Shown: in pieces, positions 31,501-40,135 of the stretch | Numbering within the stretch: the stretch's first letter is position 1 | Layout: each line of letters opens with the position of its first letter | Assembly: GCA_965652295.1 (NCBI GenBank) | Contig: CBFGTS010000010.1 | Location: 1 to 64,000, forward strand | DNA: 64,000 nucleotides | Source of the DNA: an uncultured Haloferula sp. | Lineage (GTDB): Bacteria; Verrucomicrobiota; Verrucomicrobiia; Verrucomicrobiales; Akkermansiaceae | Direction of reading: 5' to 3' | Notes under the pieces: generated by a model | What the model saw: the letters and a program-made list of their open reading frames with translations, nothing else | Database searches by the model: none | Told to the model about the DNA's origin: nothing | Made by a program: the position numbers and the translations under genes

Positions 31501-31961
31501 GGTTTGCCGTCCTCGGATTCGGTGAGGAAATCGGATTTCTGCAGGGAAGCGGGGCAGTAGAAGGGCGTGGTGGAGCCGTCGTTTTCCGCGGCGGAGCGGA
31601 ATTCGAAGCGCAGACCCCAGGTTTCCACGCGCTTGTCATCGGGCCAGGTGAACTCGGCTGCGATGTAGGTGGTGACGCCTTTGTCGTGGAAGTACTGGGC
31701 GACGCCATTCTCCTCGCGTTTGGTGTCGAGGAGGCAGTAGCCCTTGATGGTGCGGTCGCTTTTGCTGCCGGTAGCGGAGCGGTTGAAGTGGTGGTGGGCG
31801 CGCTCGGGACCGACGAGGATGAGCATGAGCAGGTCCATGAGGATGGACTTGCCGGAGCCGGTGACGCCGGCGAGGACGAGATTGCCGCGGACCGGGAGGG
31901 AGTCGCGGTAGCCGTACCAGTTGAGGGCGTGGAGTTGGGTGAGGCGGATGGCTCGGCTCAT
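28581..31961 (-). CDS. jetC: Wadjet SMC-family ATPase JetC
   Basis: Walker A GVTGSGKS, long coiled coils, LLDYRQYFDY, signature MSGGE, Walker B PIDEAF. Confidence 0.92.
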   Translation of the reverse strand: MSRAIRLTQLHALNWYGYRDSLPVRGNLVLAGVTGSGKSILMDLLMLILVGPERAHHHFNRSATGSKSDRTIKGYCLLDTKREENGVAQYFHDKGVTTYIAAEFTWPDDKRVETWGLRFEFRSAAENDGSTTPFYCPASLQKSDFLTESEDGKPRPSPLGAFKRTIESHGGRLFSSGREYLRDMANPSHLNFNKDVLQRLLPSAMSFTNLKSFDDFCRQFVLPAEAVPVEDVVSSFRDFQSYERELASLKAQLERLTRIRDLATTLRESERDHAVATYLAAEFAHTHAAGEAERTRTRLDQLKTDNQADEARLNELADLTESTQRKRESLVALLNESSEGRLYKKLADDIAKLEAEIEQLRDRATRLDGGLGKRIKSARGWMEQVHKAPLDPVVDTTKLKHAIEFLDSCEREQTASSLSLLAEAANETVKTIRSRFEPDREELRRLRSEKSDLQAQIDLLQRGVSPGPQPLLAALKSQLPLLPNDTPPRALREICEVTDENWRAAAEVVFEEKFAVLVAPNHYEEASNILRQLPAADLVHAGPQRLIELKAIHSSKPGAKKGTLAELLSTTDDDARACIDSLFGDLVRVADATQLDRHPSAVAPDGLHKRRGTLVRPAPYNGTPFIGQEGLKRQLEIKRQRLGEIDASIRRLEPIEMEVERLIRERAAAIPEHEDVIKELIRIEDLPKKQEQHEELMDQLQAIATDEFDRLRDDIEVLAEQLTSYDAERTSILRKGRVREIQDTEKLLDSLMETASRREDEFSKAKLRIDIHQHHERYLSWKQEAAEYTPASDVLAKEFAKAAVAAELAAKDATGELKVAMLDFKKTFAPKFDDLPEDGTDAAPYEARLAQIEGANIPEYEKKSTIAKKQWEMLFRTQVLTRMQQALKNVENIISLLNHQLKKPIGHDRYKIERRPNPDFKIYRDLIDLNALHHEDELFFASMSGELQDALKSFLTLLVQNANSPEAARLLDYRQYFDYDLTVTDIRDPDGRSISVDKQSGKMSGGENQSPYFVAILASYLHAYNRHESRRKEPSLALVPIDEAFSKLSGERIQNCIEAMSELDLQGMFSMSSGNIPYAFSQCDELIVISRKEERRGTRVGVRNVPVVLYRDSPEGQKWIAEAAAT

Positions 31962-32029
31962 GAAGCTAGGGGCGGGAAAGGCTGCCGGGGGTTTTGGACC
32001 GGGATGGATAAGATGGAGGGGATGTTTTT

Positions 32030-32686
32030 TTAATCCTGCTCCTCGGTGGCGTCGGCTTCGTCCTCGAGATCGGTGGGATCGGGGCGGAATTGGGCGGCGG
32101 TTTCCTGCCAGGCGGCGAGTTCGCGGAAGGGGATGACGCGGCGGATGGCGGGGAGGACTTCGATGCCGGTTTCTTCAAAGGGCTCGGCGGCGGTGAGCCG
32201 GATGAGGTTGAGACGGGCGGCCTGGCGGAGGATGTCGCGGAGGCGGCCCTTGGGGACGAGGCCGGCGTCGGGGAGGAGTTGATCGCGGAGGAGGTCGGTG
32301 AGTTCGGCGACGGAGAGGAAGGCCTGGTCGGCGCCTTCGTCGCGCCAGCGGACGTCGCCGGCATACCAGAGGGCGAGCCAGACAAGGGTGGCATCCTGGG
32401 TGAGGCGCAGGCGCAGGGCGGCGGTGCTGGGGGTGGCCTGAATGAGGCGCTCCTCGTGGTGAACGGCGACGTCGAGGCCGCTGAGGGCGGCGATTTCGCG
32501 CAGCCAGTCATCGTGCTGGCGGGCCCAGTGGTAGAGGGCGGAGCGGGACGTTTCGAGGCCGTTGATGGAGCCGCTGGAAAGGAGTTCCTGAAGCGCTTCG
32601 GAGAGGCGGTCGCGATCGGTCTCGGAGAGCGGAAGCAGGGTGGGCGCGGGCTCGGTGATGAAGGCGCTGGGTTCTTCGGGCGGCAT
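32030..32686 (-). CDS. jetB: Wadjet JetB (DUF4194/MksE-like)
   Basis: Position between jetA and jetC; about 218 aa; RLRLTQDATLVWLALW and IEVLPAIRRV motifs with an acidic tail. Confidence 0.8.
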   Translation of the reverse strand: MPPEEPSAFITEPAPTLLPLSETDRDRLSEALQELLSSGSINGLETSRSALYHWARQHDDWLREIAALSGLDVAVHHEERLIQATPSTAALRLRLTQDATLVWLALWYAGDVRWRDEGADQAFLSVAELTDLLRDQLLPDAGLVPKGRLRDILRQAARLNLIRLTAAEPFEETGIEVLPAIRRVIPFRELAAWQETAAQFRPDPTDLEDEADATEEQD

Positions 32687-32689
32687 GAG

Positions 32690-32724
32690 GAAAGCGGAAA
32701 GTGGAAAGGAGAAAGGAAAAAGGG
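32690..32724. repeat. Five imperfect 7-mer tandem repeats GAAAG(C/T/G)(G/A) in the jetA-jetB spacer
   Basis: gaaagcg gaaagtg gaaagga gaaagga aaaaggg read directly. Confidence 0.65.
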
Positions 32725-32733
32725 TGAGGGCAT

Positions 32734-32757
32734 GGCGGATGGAATCCGCCGCCACGG
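32734..32757 (-). repeat. REP-like hairpin CCGTGGCGGCGGATTCCATCCGCC directly after the jetA stop
   Basis: GGCGGAT/ATCCGCC stem with GTGG head; sister of 10862-10887. Confidence 0.5.
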
Positions 32758-34221
32758 TTATTTTTTGATGAGGGCGAAGCGTTCGACGCGGAGGTTTTCG
32801 AGGGTGTCGAGCTCGGGCGGGGTGTCGAGGTCGTCGTTGAGGCGCTGGGGGTCGAGTCGGTAGCGGGCGTCGGGGGCTTCGGCGTGGAGGAGGACGGCGA
32901 TGAGATCGGCGGGGGAAATGCCGGCCTGCTGGGCGAGTTGGTGGCTGTCGATGCTGTCGCCTTTTCCGCCGGGAAGGGCGTGGATGAAGCGGTTGGCGCG
33001 GGCGACGGAAAGGGATTCGCGGAGGGTGCGCTGCATGTCGTGGAGGCCGGAGTCGCGGTCGGTGTCGGAGACGGCGTCGTCGAAGGCATCCTGTTCGAGC
33101 GGCGGGCGGCGGTGGGGGGGCGAGTAGAGGGAATCGAGGCCGGCGGGGAGCTTCACCGCGGGCAGGAGCAGGTCGGGAAGCTCAGGAAGCGAGGCGTTGT
33201 TGCGTTGGAGCCGGCGGCCGGCGAGGAGGCGGTTGGCGGTTTCGAAGACGGTCTTGATCTCGGTGCGACGCTCGCCGGTGACGTCCTGGAGGTAGCGGAA
33301 ACGGGCGAGCGAGCGGCGGGTGAAATCGGCGGTGCGGCGGTCGATCTCATCGGCCATCGGGAGGACGCGCTCAAGGAGGTCGATGAGTTCCTCCAGCTCG
33401 GAGGCCACGCGAGCCCGGGCGGCCGCAGGGGAGAGGTCCGGCTGGCGGCGGAGGACCTCGGTCTGCATGTCGGCGAGGGTGGCGGGGTCGTCGGCGAGAC
33501 GCTCGGTGATGCGGCGGACGGCGTCGGGCAGGCGCATGGGAAGACGGGCGCGGACGAGGGCGGCGTAGCAGGAGTGGGAGATTTTCTCCGAATAGTCGTC
33601 GAAAACCACGGCGAGGTTGCCGCGGAGAGTTTCTTCTTCGAGCTGCTTGCGGGTGAAGCGCTGCACGGATTTCTGCATCGAGCGGAGCTCGTTGATGCCT
33701 TCGCGGACGTTGGAGAGGCAGTTTTCGACGGTCTGCCAGGGCTGCTCGGCGAGCGTGGTCTCATCGGCGAGCATGGCGCAGGCACCGGTGAGTTTGTCGG
33801 TGAAGACGGCGGCATCGGGCCAGGCGATCTTGCGCAGGGCGGCGATGAGGGTGGAGCCGTGGGCGTCGAAGTGGATCATGCGCCGCCAGTCGCGGCGCGG
33901 GGGTTCTTCGAGCCAGTGGGTCTTGAGGAGGTGGTCGAGGAGCAGGCGCGATCGTTCCCGGAGATCGGAGGAAGCGGCGGCGGGGTCGGTTTCCGCGGCT
34001 TCGTCGGGCTCGAATTCGAAGCTGGGGTGGCGTTCGAGGGTGTCGGCGATGAGCCCGAGGGCCGCCTCGCGTGGAATGCCATCGGGGTGGTCGGCCGTGG
34101 CCTGCTCGAGCGCGTCGAGCACGTCGGCGTAGAACGGCGCGTTCTTTCCCGAGAGGACGCGGAAAAACGCGCTGCCGCGCGTCTCCCGGAAGAGGGCGGA
34201 GGAGAGGCGTTCGTCGGTCAT
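32758..34221 (-). CDS. jetA: Wadjet JetA (DUF5716-like, type II)
   Basis: N-terminal FFRVLSGKNAPFY..L; helical protein of 487 aa; first gene of a four-gene jet operon. Confidence 0.82.
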   Translation of the reverse strand: MTDERLSSALFRETRGSAFFRVLSGKNAPFYADVLDALEQATADHPDGIPREAALGLIADTLERHPSFEFEPDEAAETDPAAASSDLRERSRLLLDHLLKTHWLEEPPRRDWRRMIHFDAHGSTLIAALRKIAWPDAAVFTDKLTGACAMLADETTLAEQPWQTVENCLSNVREGINELRSMQKSVQRFTRKQLEEETLRGNLAVVFDDYSEKISHSCYAALVRARLPMRLPDAVRRITERLADDPATLADMQTEVLRRQPDLSPAAARARVASELEELIDLLERVLPMADEIDRRTADFTRRSLARFRYLQDVTGERRTEIKTVFETANRLLAGRRLQRNNASLPELPDLLLPAVKLPAGLDSLYSPPHRRPPLEQDAFDDAVSDTDRDSGLHDMQRTLRESLSVARANRFIHALPGGKGDSIDSHQLAQQAGISPADLIAVLLHAEAPDARYRLDPQRLNDDLDTPPELDTLENLRVERFALIKK

Positions 34222-34423
34222 GCGCGGCGGCAGGAAACCACTCTGCGGGCGGGTGGGCCAGCCGTTAGCGCGGGATTTCCCGTTGCACGGGGTCCGGAGC
34301 CGTCGGCACCTTGGGCGGATGTATCCCCCTGTTTGGGTTCCGCGAATCCCCCCAGATCCTCAAGCGGAACCGCGCGCCCAAGGGCCGACGGCAAATGTTC
34401 CGAAGTCGAGGAGGCGGGGTGGA

Positions 34424-34576
34424 GGCGGTGCCTGCTCTCGTCTCGTCGGCTCCGAAGCGACCACGGGGGTCACACCAGACGCCGGAACCATGACATGGAG
34501 AGGGTCCGGCGTCTGTCGGGAAGCCACCTGATTCGCTTGTAGGGAAATTACCTGACACGCCGGGGGGCGGCGCGTC
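34424..34576 (+). ncRNA. Putative 6S RNA-like long hairpin with internal bubble
   Basis: Nested pairings: TGCCTGCTCTC/GGGGGGCGGCG (G-U rich, favours + strand), GTCGG/CTGAC, AAGCGA/TCGCTT, CAGACGCCGGA/TCCGGCGTCTG; 3' arm contains AGCCACCTGA, reminiscent of 6S RNAs. Confidence 0.45.
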
Positions 34577-35318
34577 ACCGTCCGCCGACCCAGTTGACCG
34601 AATTCACCAGCAGCTGCTGGAAGTGAGGGTTATCGTGGGCTTCGGCGGCGTGGCCGAGGGTGATGCAGACGATCTTTGCTTTCTTGTCCTTCACGATCCA
34701 CACGCTCGGGATGTCGTCCTCGGTCTGGTCGGCCTCGTTCTCACAGCAGACCTTGACCTTCGCCTTGCGGTCGAGTTCGAAGCGGTAGTTCTCGTCGGTG
34801 ATCTTGAATTTCCGGGGCAGCTCGTCGGTGATCGGGTTCTTGCCGCCCTTCACCGTGACCTCGAATTCGCCGTAGCCGTGGCTCGGCGTGCGACCGCCGA
34901 TGAAGCGATCGTTGTAGCCTTCCCATGGGTGCGACCAGGTGGCGGCGTGCAGGAACACGAGGCCCTTGCCGGCATCGGCGAAATCGTGGAGCGCCTTTTG
35001 CCACTCCTTGCCGCCCCACTGCTCATGATTGCCGCTGAAGACGAGAACGTCGGCTTCTTTGATGAGGTCCAGGGCTTCCTGAAGGTTGGGCGTGGCGGCG
35101 ACGTCGATCTTGTCGGCGGCTTCCAGCGTTCTGGAATCGGTGCCGAGGAAAAACTTCGGGAAATCGTGGGACGAGCCGGAGCCGACGAGCAAGACCTTGA
35201 GGGTTCCGGAGGCGGCGACCTTTTCGAAGGTCTGGCCCATGGGTTCGGTGGTGTCGGGTGGCAGATCGGCCATGGCGGAGGAGGCGAGGGCGAGCGGAAG
35301 GAGCAGGCGGAGGATCAT
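34575..35318 (-). CDS. Secreted ThuA-like (class I GATase-fold) protein
   Basis: Signal peptide MILRLLLPLALASSAMA; SSHDF, GKGLVFLHAA, ITDENY, ITLGHAAEAH. Confidence 0.8.
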   Translation of the reverse strand: MILRLLLPLALASSAMADLPPDTTEPMGQTFEKVAASGTLKVLLVGSGSSHDFPKFFLGTDSRTLEAADKIDVAATPNLQEALDLIKEADVLVFSGNHEQWGGKEWQKALHDFADAGKGLVFLHAATWSHPWEGYNDRFIGGRTPSHGYGEFEVTVKGGKNPITDELPRKFKITDENYRFELDRKAKVKVCCENEADQTEDDIPSVWIVKDKKAKIVCITLGHAAEAHDNPHFQQLLVNSVNWVGGR

Positions 35319-35480
35319 GGGTGGATTGGGATCGGTTTTTCGTATGAACGCACGTTGGGCGGACGTTTTCTTACCCGCAGCCGGTTGGCCACCTTTCATT
35401 CATGGTGGCCGGAGGCGTGGGGAAAGATGACTCACGCGATCGTTTGCAATTTCCCCGGATCTCCTGACACTCCCTCGGCC

Positions 35481-36449
35481 ATGAAACGATTCCTTCTCTC
35501 GCTCGTCCTGCTTTTCGCCCCGCTGATGGCGGCCGAAAAGGGAGGCTTTCTTTTCACCACCTTCAAAGGCGAGCAAAGTCCGATGACCGAGCAGATCTAC
35601 TTCGGTCTCAGTCGCGACGGCCGGGACTGGAAAGCGCTGAACGGCGGCGAGCCGGTGCTCGTGAGCGAACTCGGCGAGAAGGGCGTCCGTGACCCGTACA
35701 TCCTCCGCTCCCACGACGGCAAGAAGACCTGGGTGATCGCCACCGACCTTTCGATCCACCTGACCCATCACAACTGGGGCCGCGCGGTGACGGAGGGCAG
35801 CAAGTGCATCGTCGTCTGGGAAACCGAGGATCTCGTGAACTGGAGCGAGCCGTGGCTGGTGAAAGTGGCACCGGACGACGCCGGCTGCACCTGGGCGCCG
35901 GAGGCGATCTACGATGAAAAGGAGAAGGACTACCTTGTGTTCTGGGCCTCGAAGACCGAACGCGACGATTTCAAGAAGCACCGCATCTGGGCGGCGCGGA
36001 CGAAGGATTTCAAGGAGTTCGGGGAGCCCTTCATCTACATCGAGGAGCGGCGCGACATCATCGATACCGACATCGTCTTCGAAAACGGCACCTATTACCG
36101 TTTTTCGAAGGACGAGACCACCAAGGCCATCACCATGGAACACTGCGACGAGCTGATGGGCCGGTGGAAGAACGTGAGCGGCTTCTCGCTCAAGCGGCTC
36201 GAAGGTTACGAAGGCCCCGCCTGCTTCCAGCTTGAGGACGCCGCGCCTGGGAAACCCGGCAAATGGTGCCTGCTGCTCGACTTCTACAGCAAGGGCCAAG
36301 GCTATCAGCCGTACGTCACGGAGAACCTCGCCAAGGGCAAGTTCGAGAAGGCGGACGATATCAAATTCCCCTTCAAATTCCGCCACGGCTCGGTGCTCCC
36401 CGTGACCGAGGAGGAGTATCAACGCCTGGCCGGTAAATACGGCCTCTGA
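35481..36449 (+). CDS. Glycoside hydrolase family 43
   Basis: Signal peptide MKRFLLS; GVRDPYI, WAPEAIYD, IIDTDI, YEGPA, RHGSV. Real start lies inside ORF 34623..36449. Confidence 0.88.
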   Translation: MKRFLLSLVLLFAPLMAAEKGGFLFTTFKGEQSPMTEQIYFGLSRDGRDWKALNGGEPVLVSELGEKGVRDPYILRSHDGKKTWVIATDLSIHLTHHNWGRAVTEGSKCIVVWETEDLVNWSEPWLVKVAPDDAGCTWAPEAIYDEKEKDYLVFWASKTERDDFKKHRIWAARTKDFKEFGEPFIYIEERRDIIDTDIVFENGTYYRFSKDETTKAITMEHCDELMGRWKNVSGFSLKRLEGYEGPACFQLEDAAPGKPGKWCLLLDFYSKGQGYQPYVTENLAKGKFEKADDIKFPFKFRHGSVLPVTEEEYQRLAGKYGL

Positions 36450-36472
36450 TTTCGCCAACCCCATCCAAACCC

Positions 36473-38881
36473 ATGAAACCCAGGTACTGCATCGCCGCCG
36501 TTGCGATGGCCGCGGTCGCTTCGGCCGCCGTCGAAATCGAGGTGGACGTCTCCAAGCCCACCGTCGAACTATCGCCGCACCTCTACGGCTTGTTTTTCGA
36601 GGATATCAACTGGGGTGCCGACGGCGGCCTCTATGCCGAACTCGTCCAGAACCGCTCGTTCGAGTATTTTCCCGTCGCGGAGAACGATCCGCTCGGCAAG
36701 GAGATGGTCCCGCTCTTCGCCTGGGAGAAAATCGGTGGTGAGGAGGTGGAACTGAGCGTCGAGGAAACCGACCCGCTCAACTGGAACAACAAGCACTACG
36801 CCAAGCTCACCACCGCGACCACCGCCAAGGTCGGCGTGGCCAACACGGGCTTTGATGGCATTCCGCTCAGCGAGGGTGCCGGCTATGATGTCTCGCTCCA
36901 TGTCCGCGCCGCCGGTTGGTCCGGCAACGGAGCCATCACCGCAACGCTGGTCGCGGGCGACGGCAGCGAGTGCGGCTCGGTGATGCTCGGCGAGGCGACC
37001 GACGATTGGTCGAAACTCGAGGGCGAAATCACCTCCTCGAAAACCACCGACAACGCCCGGCTGGTGGTGACGACCCAGGGCTCCGGCCAGCTCGATCTGG
37101 ACATGATCTCGCTCTTCCCGAAGGACACCTACAACAACCGGAAGAACGGCCTGCGCAAGGATCTGGTGCAGGCACTGGTCGACATGAATCCGAAGTTCCT
37201 TCGTTTCCCCGGTGGCTGCATCGCCCACGGCTGCGGCCTCGATAACGCCTATCGCTGGAAGGATACCGTGGGCGACGTCGCCGAGCGCAAGCCGAACTGG
37301 AACCGCTGGGGCTACCATCAGACCTACGGCCTTGGCTATTTCGAGTATTTCCTGCTCTGCGAAGATCTTGGCGCGGCGCCTCTGCCGGTCGTGCCGGTCG
37401 GGGTGTCCTGCGGCTTCACCGCGCCCTATGAGGCGGTGGACATGGAGAACCTGCGGGAGTGGATCGACGACGCCCTCGATCTCATCGAGTTCGCCAACGG
37501 CCCCGCCGACAGCGAGTGGGGCAAGGTCCGCGCGGAGATGGGGCACCCCGAACCCTTCGGCTTGAAGTATATCTGCCTCGGCAATGAAGAGCACGACCGC
37601 CGCGAATTCCGCGAGCGCTTCCCTCATTTCGTGAAAGCCGTCAGGGAGGCCCATCCGGACATCAAAATCATCGGCAACTCCGGGCTGAGCCCCAACATCC
37701 CGCTCTACGATCAGATGACCGAGCTGGATGTCTACAGCTCCGACGAGCACTACTATGAAGATCCGAGCTGGTTCATCGCCAACTCGGACCGCTTTGACGA
37801 CTTCGACCGCAGCAAGCCGAAGATCTTCGTCGGCGAATACGCCTCGCGCGATAAGAAGCAGTTCAACGCCGTCGCCGAGGCTGCCTACCTGACCGGGATC
37901 GAGCGGAATGGCGATATGGTCGACATGACCTGCTACGCACCGCTCTTCGGCCGCCTCGGGCACTGCCAGTGGAATCCGGATTTGATCTACTTCAACCATC
38001 GTGAAGTGGTGAAAACTCCGAGTTATCACGTCCAGCAGATGTTCGCCACGAACAAGGGGGATGTGTATCTGGAGAACTCGTTCAAAATCTCCGAAAACCC
38101 ATCCCAGCCGACCGTGTCCGGAACGGTCGGTGTCGGCTCGTGGGGCACCACCGTCGAGTTCGAGCAGATCCAGGTCAACGGACGCGAACTCGATCCGGCG
38201 GAGTGGAAGATCGAGGGCGGCGACTATGCGTCGAAAGGAGACCTGTTCGTCCAACGGGACGCCACAGCCCAACCTGCCATGGCCACGAGTTCCGCGAGCT
38301 TTTCCGGCGATGAGGTCACCCTGACCCTGCGGGCTCGGAAGACCGGCGGAGCGGAGGGTTTCGTCATCGCCTTCGGCGGTAGTGATAAGAACAGCTACTG
38401 GTTCAATGCCGGCGGTTGGCGCAACCAGCGCCACGGTCTGCAATACGGGACCGGCGACACCCGTTCGATTCTTGAGGAAACCGCTGGCTCCATCGAGGAA
38501 GGACGCTGGTATGATGTGAAAATCGAGCTCACGCCCGGTCGCATCACCTGCTCGCTGGATGGCAAGGTGGTGCTCGACCACAAGATTGGCGGCCCGCAAA
38601 TCCGCGTTGCCAGTGCCCTCGACAAGTCCACCGGCGAGGCGATTCTCAAGCTTGTCAACGTCTCCGACACCGAGCTGCCGGCGACGGTTCGCCTCAAGGG
38701 CACCGGATCGGTGGCTGCCACGGGAACCGCGATCGTCTTGGCCGGCGATGCCGATGCTGAAAATACGGTGGAAAATCCCAATCATGTGGCCCCGCAGACC
38801 AAGCAGATCGCCACCGGAACGGAATTCAGCTGCACGCTTCCCCCGACCTCGGTTCAGATGATCCGGGTGAAGGTGGATTGA
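36473..38881 (+). CDS. Alpha-L-arabinofuranosidase, GH51
   Basis: LYGLFFEDIN..ADGGLYAELVQNRSFE, FLRFPGGC, LGNEE, DEHYY, FVGEYA, CYAPLF. Confidence 0.93.
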   Translation: MKPRYCIAAVAMAAVASAAVEIEVDVSKPTVELSPHLYGLFFEDINWGADGGLYAELVQNRSFEYFPVAENDPLGKEMVPLFAWEKIGGEEVELSVEETDPLNWNNKHYAKLTTATTAKVGVANTGFDGIPLSEGAGYDVSLHVRAAGWSGNGAITATLVAGDGSECGSVMLGEATDDWSKLEGEITSSKTTDNARLVVTTQGSGQLDLDMISLFPKDTYNNRKNGLRKDLVQALVDMNPKFLRFPGGCIAHGCGLDNAYRWKDTVGDVAERKPNWNRWGYHQTYGLGYFEYFLLCEDLGAAPLPVVPVGVSCGFTAPYEAVDMENLREWIDDALDLIEFANGPADSEWGKVRAEMGHPEPFGLKYICLGNEEHDRREFRERFPHFVKAVREAHPDIKIIGNSGLSPNIPLYDQMTELDVYSSDEHYYEDPSWFIANSDRFDDFDRSKPKIFVGEYASRDKKQFNAVAEAAYLTGIERNGDMVDMTCYAPLFGRLGHCQWNPDLIYFNHREVVKTPSYHVQQMFATNKGDVYLENSFKISENPSQPTVSGTVGVGSWGTTVEFEQIQVNGRELDPAEWKIEGGDYASKGDLFVQRDATAQPAMATSSASFSGDEVTLTLRARKTGGAEGFVIAFGGSDKNSYWFNAGGWRNQRHGLQYGTGDTRSILEETAGSIEEGRWYDVKIELTPGRITCSLDGKVVLDHKIGGPQIRVASALDKSTGEAILKLVNVSDTELPATVRLKGTGSVAATGTAIVLAGDADAENTVENPNHVAPQTKQIATGTEFSCTLPPTSVQMIRVKVD

Positions 38882-38928
38882 TCCTCTTCGGGCCGACCGA
38901 TGGCCGCCAAACCTCAATCTCTTCTGAC

Positions 38929-39930
38929 ATGATCCAAACCCTCCTCGCCCTTCTGCTGACCCTGCACGTCGCTTTCGCCGCCAGCTGGACGAATCCTCTG
39001 ATCGAACAGCGCGCCGATCCCTGCATCCTCAAACATGACGACGGATATTACTACTTCACCGCCACTGCTCCCGAGTACGACCGGATCGTGTTGCGGCGGG
39101 CCAAGACGCTCGATGGCCTGACCGGCGCCGACGAGAAGGTCGTGTGGAAACGGCACGAAAAGGGTCCCATGAGCTGGCACATCTGGGCTCCCGAGCTGCA
39201 TCGGGTCGATGGTAAATGGTACATTCACTTCGCTGCCGGCCAGGCTGAAGACGTGTGGAAGATCCGCATGTGGGTGCTGGAAAACGATGCCGCCAATCCC
39301 CTCGAGGGCGAATGGAAGGAAAAGGGCGAAATCAAGACGAAGTGGGATTCGTTTTCCCTGGATGCGACCACCTTCGAGCATGGAGGGAAGCGCTATCTCT
39401 GCTGGGCGCAGCACGACCCCGATTTCGACGGGAACACCGACCTCTACATCGCGGAGATGACCAACCCGTGGACCATCAAGCAACCGCAGGTACGGATCAC
39501 CCGCCCCGAGTACACTTGGGAGACCATCGGTCACAAAGTGAACGAAGGTCCGGCCTTCCTTCATCGGAATGGCAAGGTGTTCATCAGCTACTCCGCCAGC
39601 GCCACCGATCACAATTACTGCCTCGGGCTCCTGTGGGCGGATGAAAAGGCGGACCTGCTTCGGGCGGAATCGTGGCACAAGTCGCCGACTCCCGTGTTTG
39701 TCAGCAGCCCGCCGAACGGCCAATGGGGCCCGGGGCACAACCAGTTCACCGTGGCCGAAGACGGCAAGACCGACCTGCTCGTCTATCACGCCCGCCAGTA
39801 TCGCGATATCCAGGGTGAGCCCCTGAGAAATCCCGACCGCCACACCCGCGTTCAGGTGCTGAACTGGCGCGCCGATGGATTTCCCGATTTCGGCGAACCG
39901 GTGAAGGACGGTCCGGTGGAACTGGACTAG
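38929..39930 (+). CDS. GH43 alpha-arabinofuranosidase-like
   Basis: NPLIEQRADP, HIWAPELH, FSLDATTF, VNEGPA, GPGHNQF, NPDRHTRVQ. Confidence 0.92.
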   Translation: MIQTLLALLLTLHVAFAASWTNPLIEQRADPCILKHDDGYYYFTATAPEYDRIVLRRAKTLDGLTGADEKVVWKRHEKGPMSWHIWAPELHRVDGKWYIHFAAGQAEDVWKIRMWVLENDAANPLEGEWKEKGEIKTKWDSFSLDATTFEHGGKRYLCWAQHDPDFDGNTDLYIAEMTNPWTIKQPQVRITRPEYTWETIGHKVNEGPAFLHRNGKVFISYSASATDHNYCLGLLWADEKADLLRAESWHKSPTPVFVSSPPNGQWGPGHNQFTVAEDGKTDLLVYHARQYRDIQGEPLRNPDRHTRVQVLNWRADGFPDFGEPVKDGPVELD

Positions 39931-40135
39931 CCGGTCCCGCCGGCGGGAAGCCCCTGCCGTTGCAGGCCGCAACGCTTTCTTGCATCTTGTGGCTTGAAGG
40001 GTCGCGGCGGCGCGGCGCGGGTTGTCGCACGGAAGGACGCCCATTCCTTGATTTTGCGACACCAGGCGGGTTGGGAGCGACCACGGAAGGGGACGGTGGT
40101 GTCGTTGGTACGGAGATCGCAAAGGGGACGTCGCT

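Noticed and set aside
28881..34542. Long + strand ORFs (1050, 257 and 552 aa) opposite the jet genes, and similar antisense ORFs elsewhere (e.g. 36569..38917, 49792..52293, 20489..22345)
   Set aside because: Shadow frames produced by high-GC codon bias; they have no motifs, and the opposite strand encodes recognisable proteins.
34265..34578. Small ORFs in the jetA-thuA spacer; tmRNA or riboswitch readings of the same region
   Set aside because: The ORFs have no recognisable features, there are no tmRNA tRNA-like ends or known aptamer motifs, and nested hairpins explain the region better.
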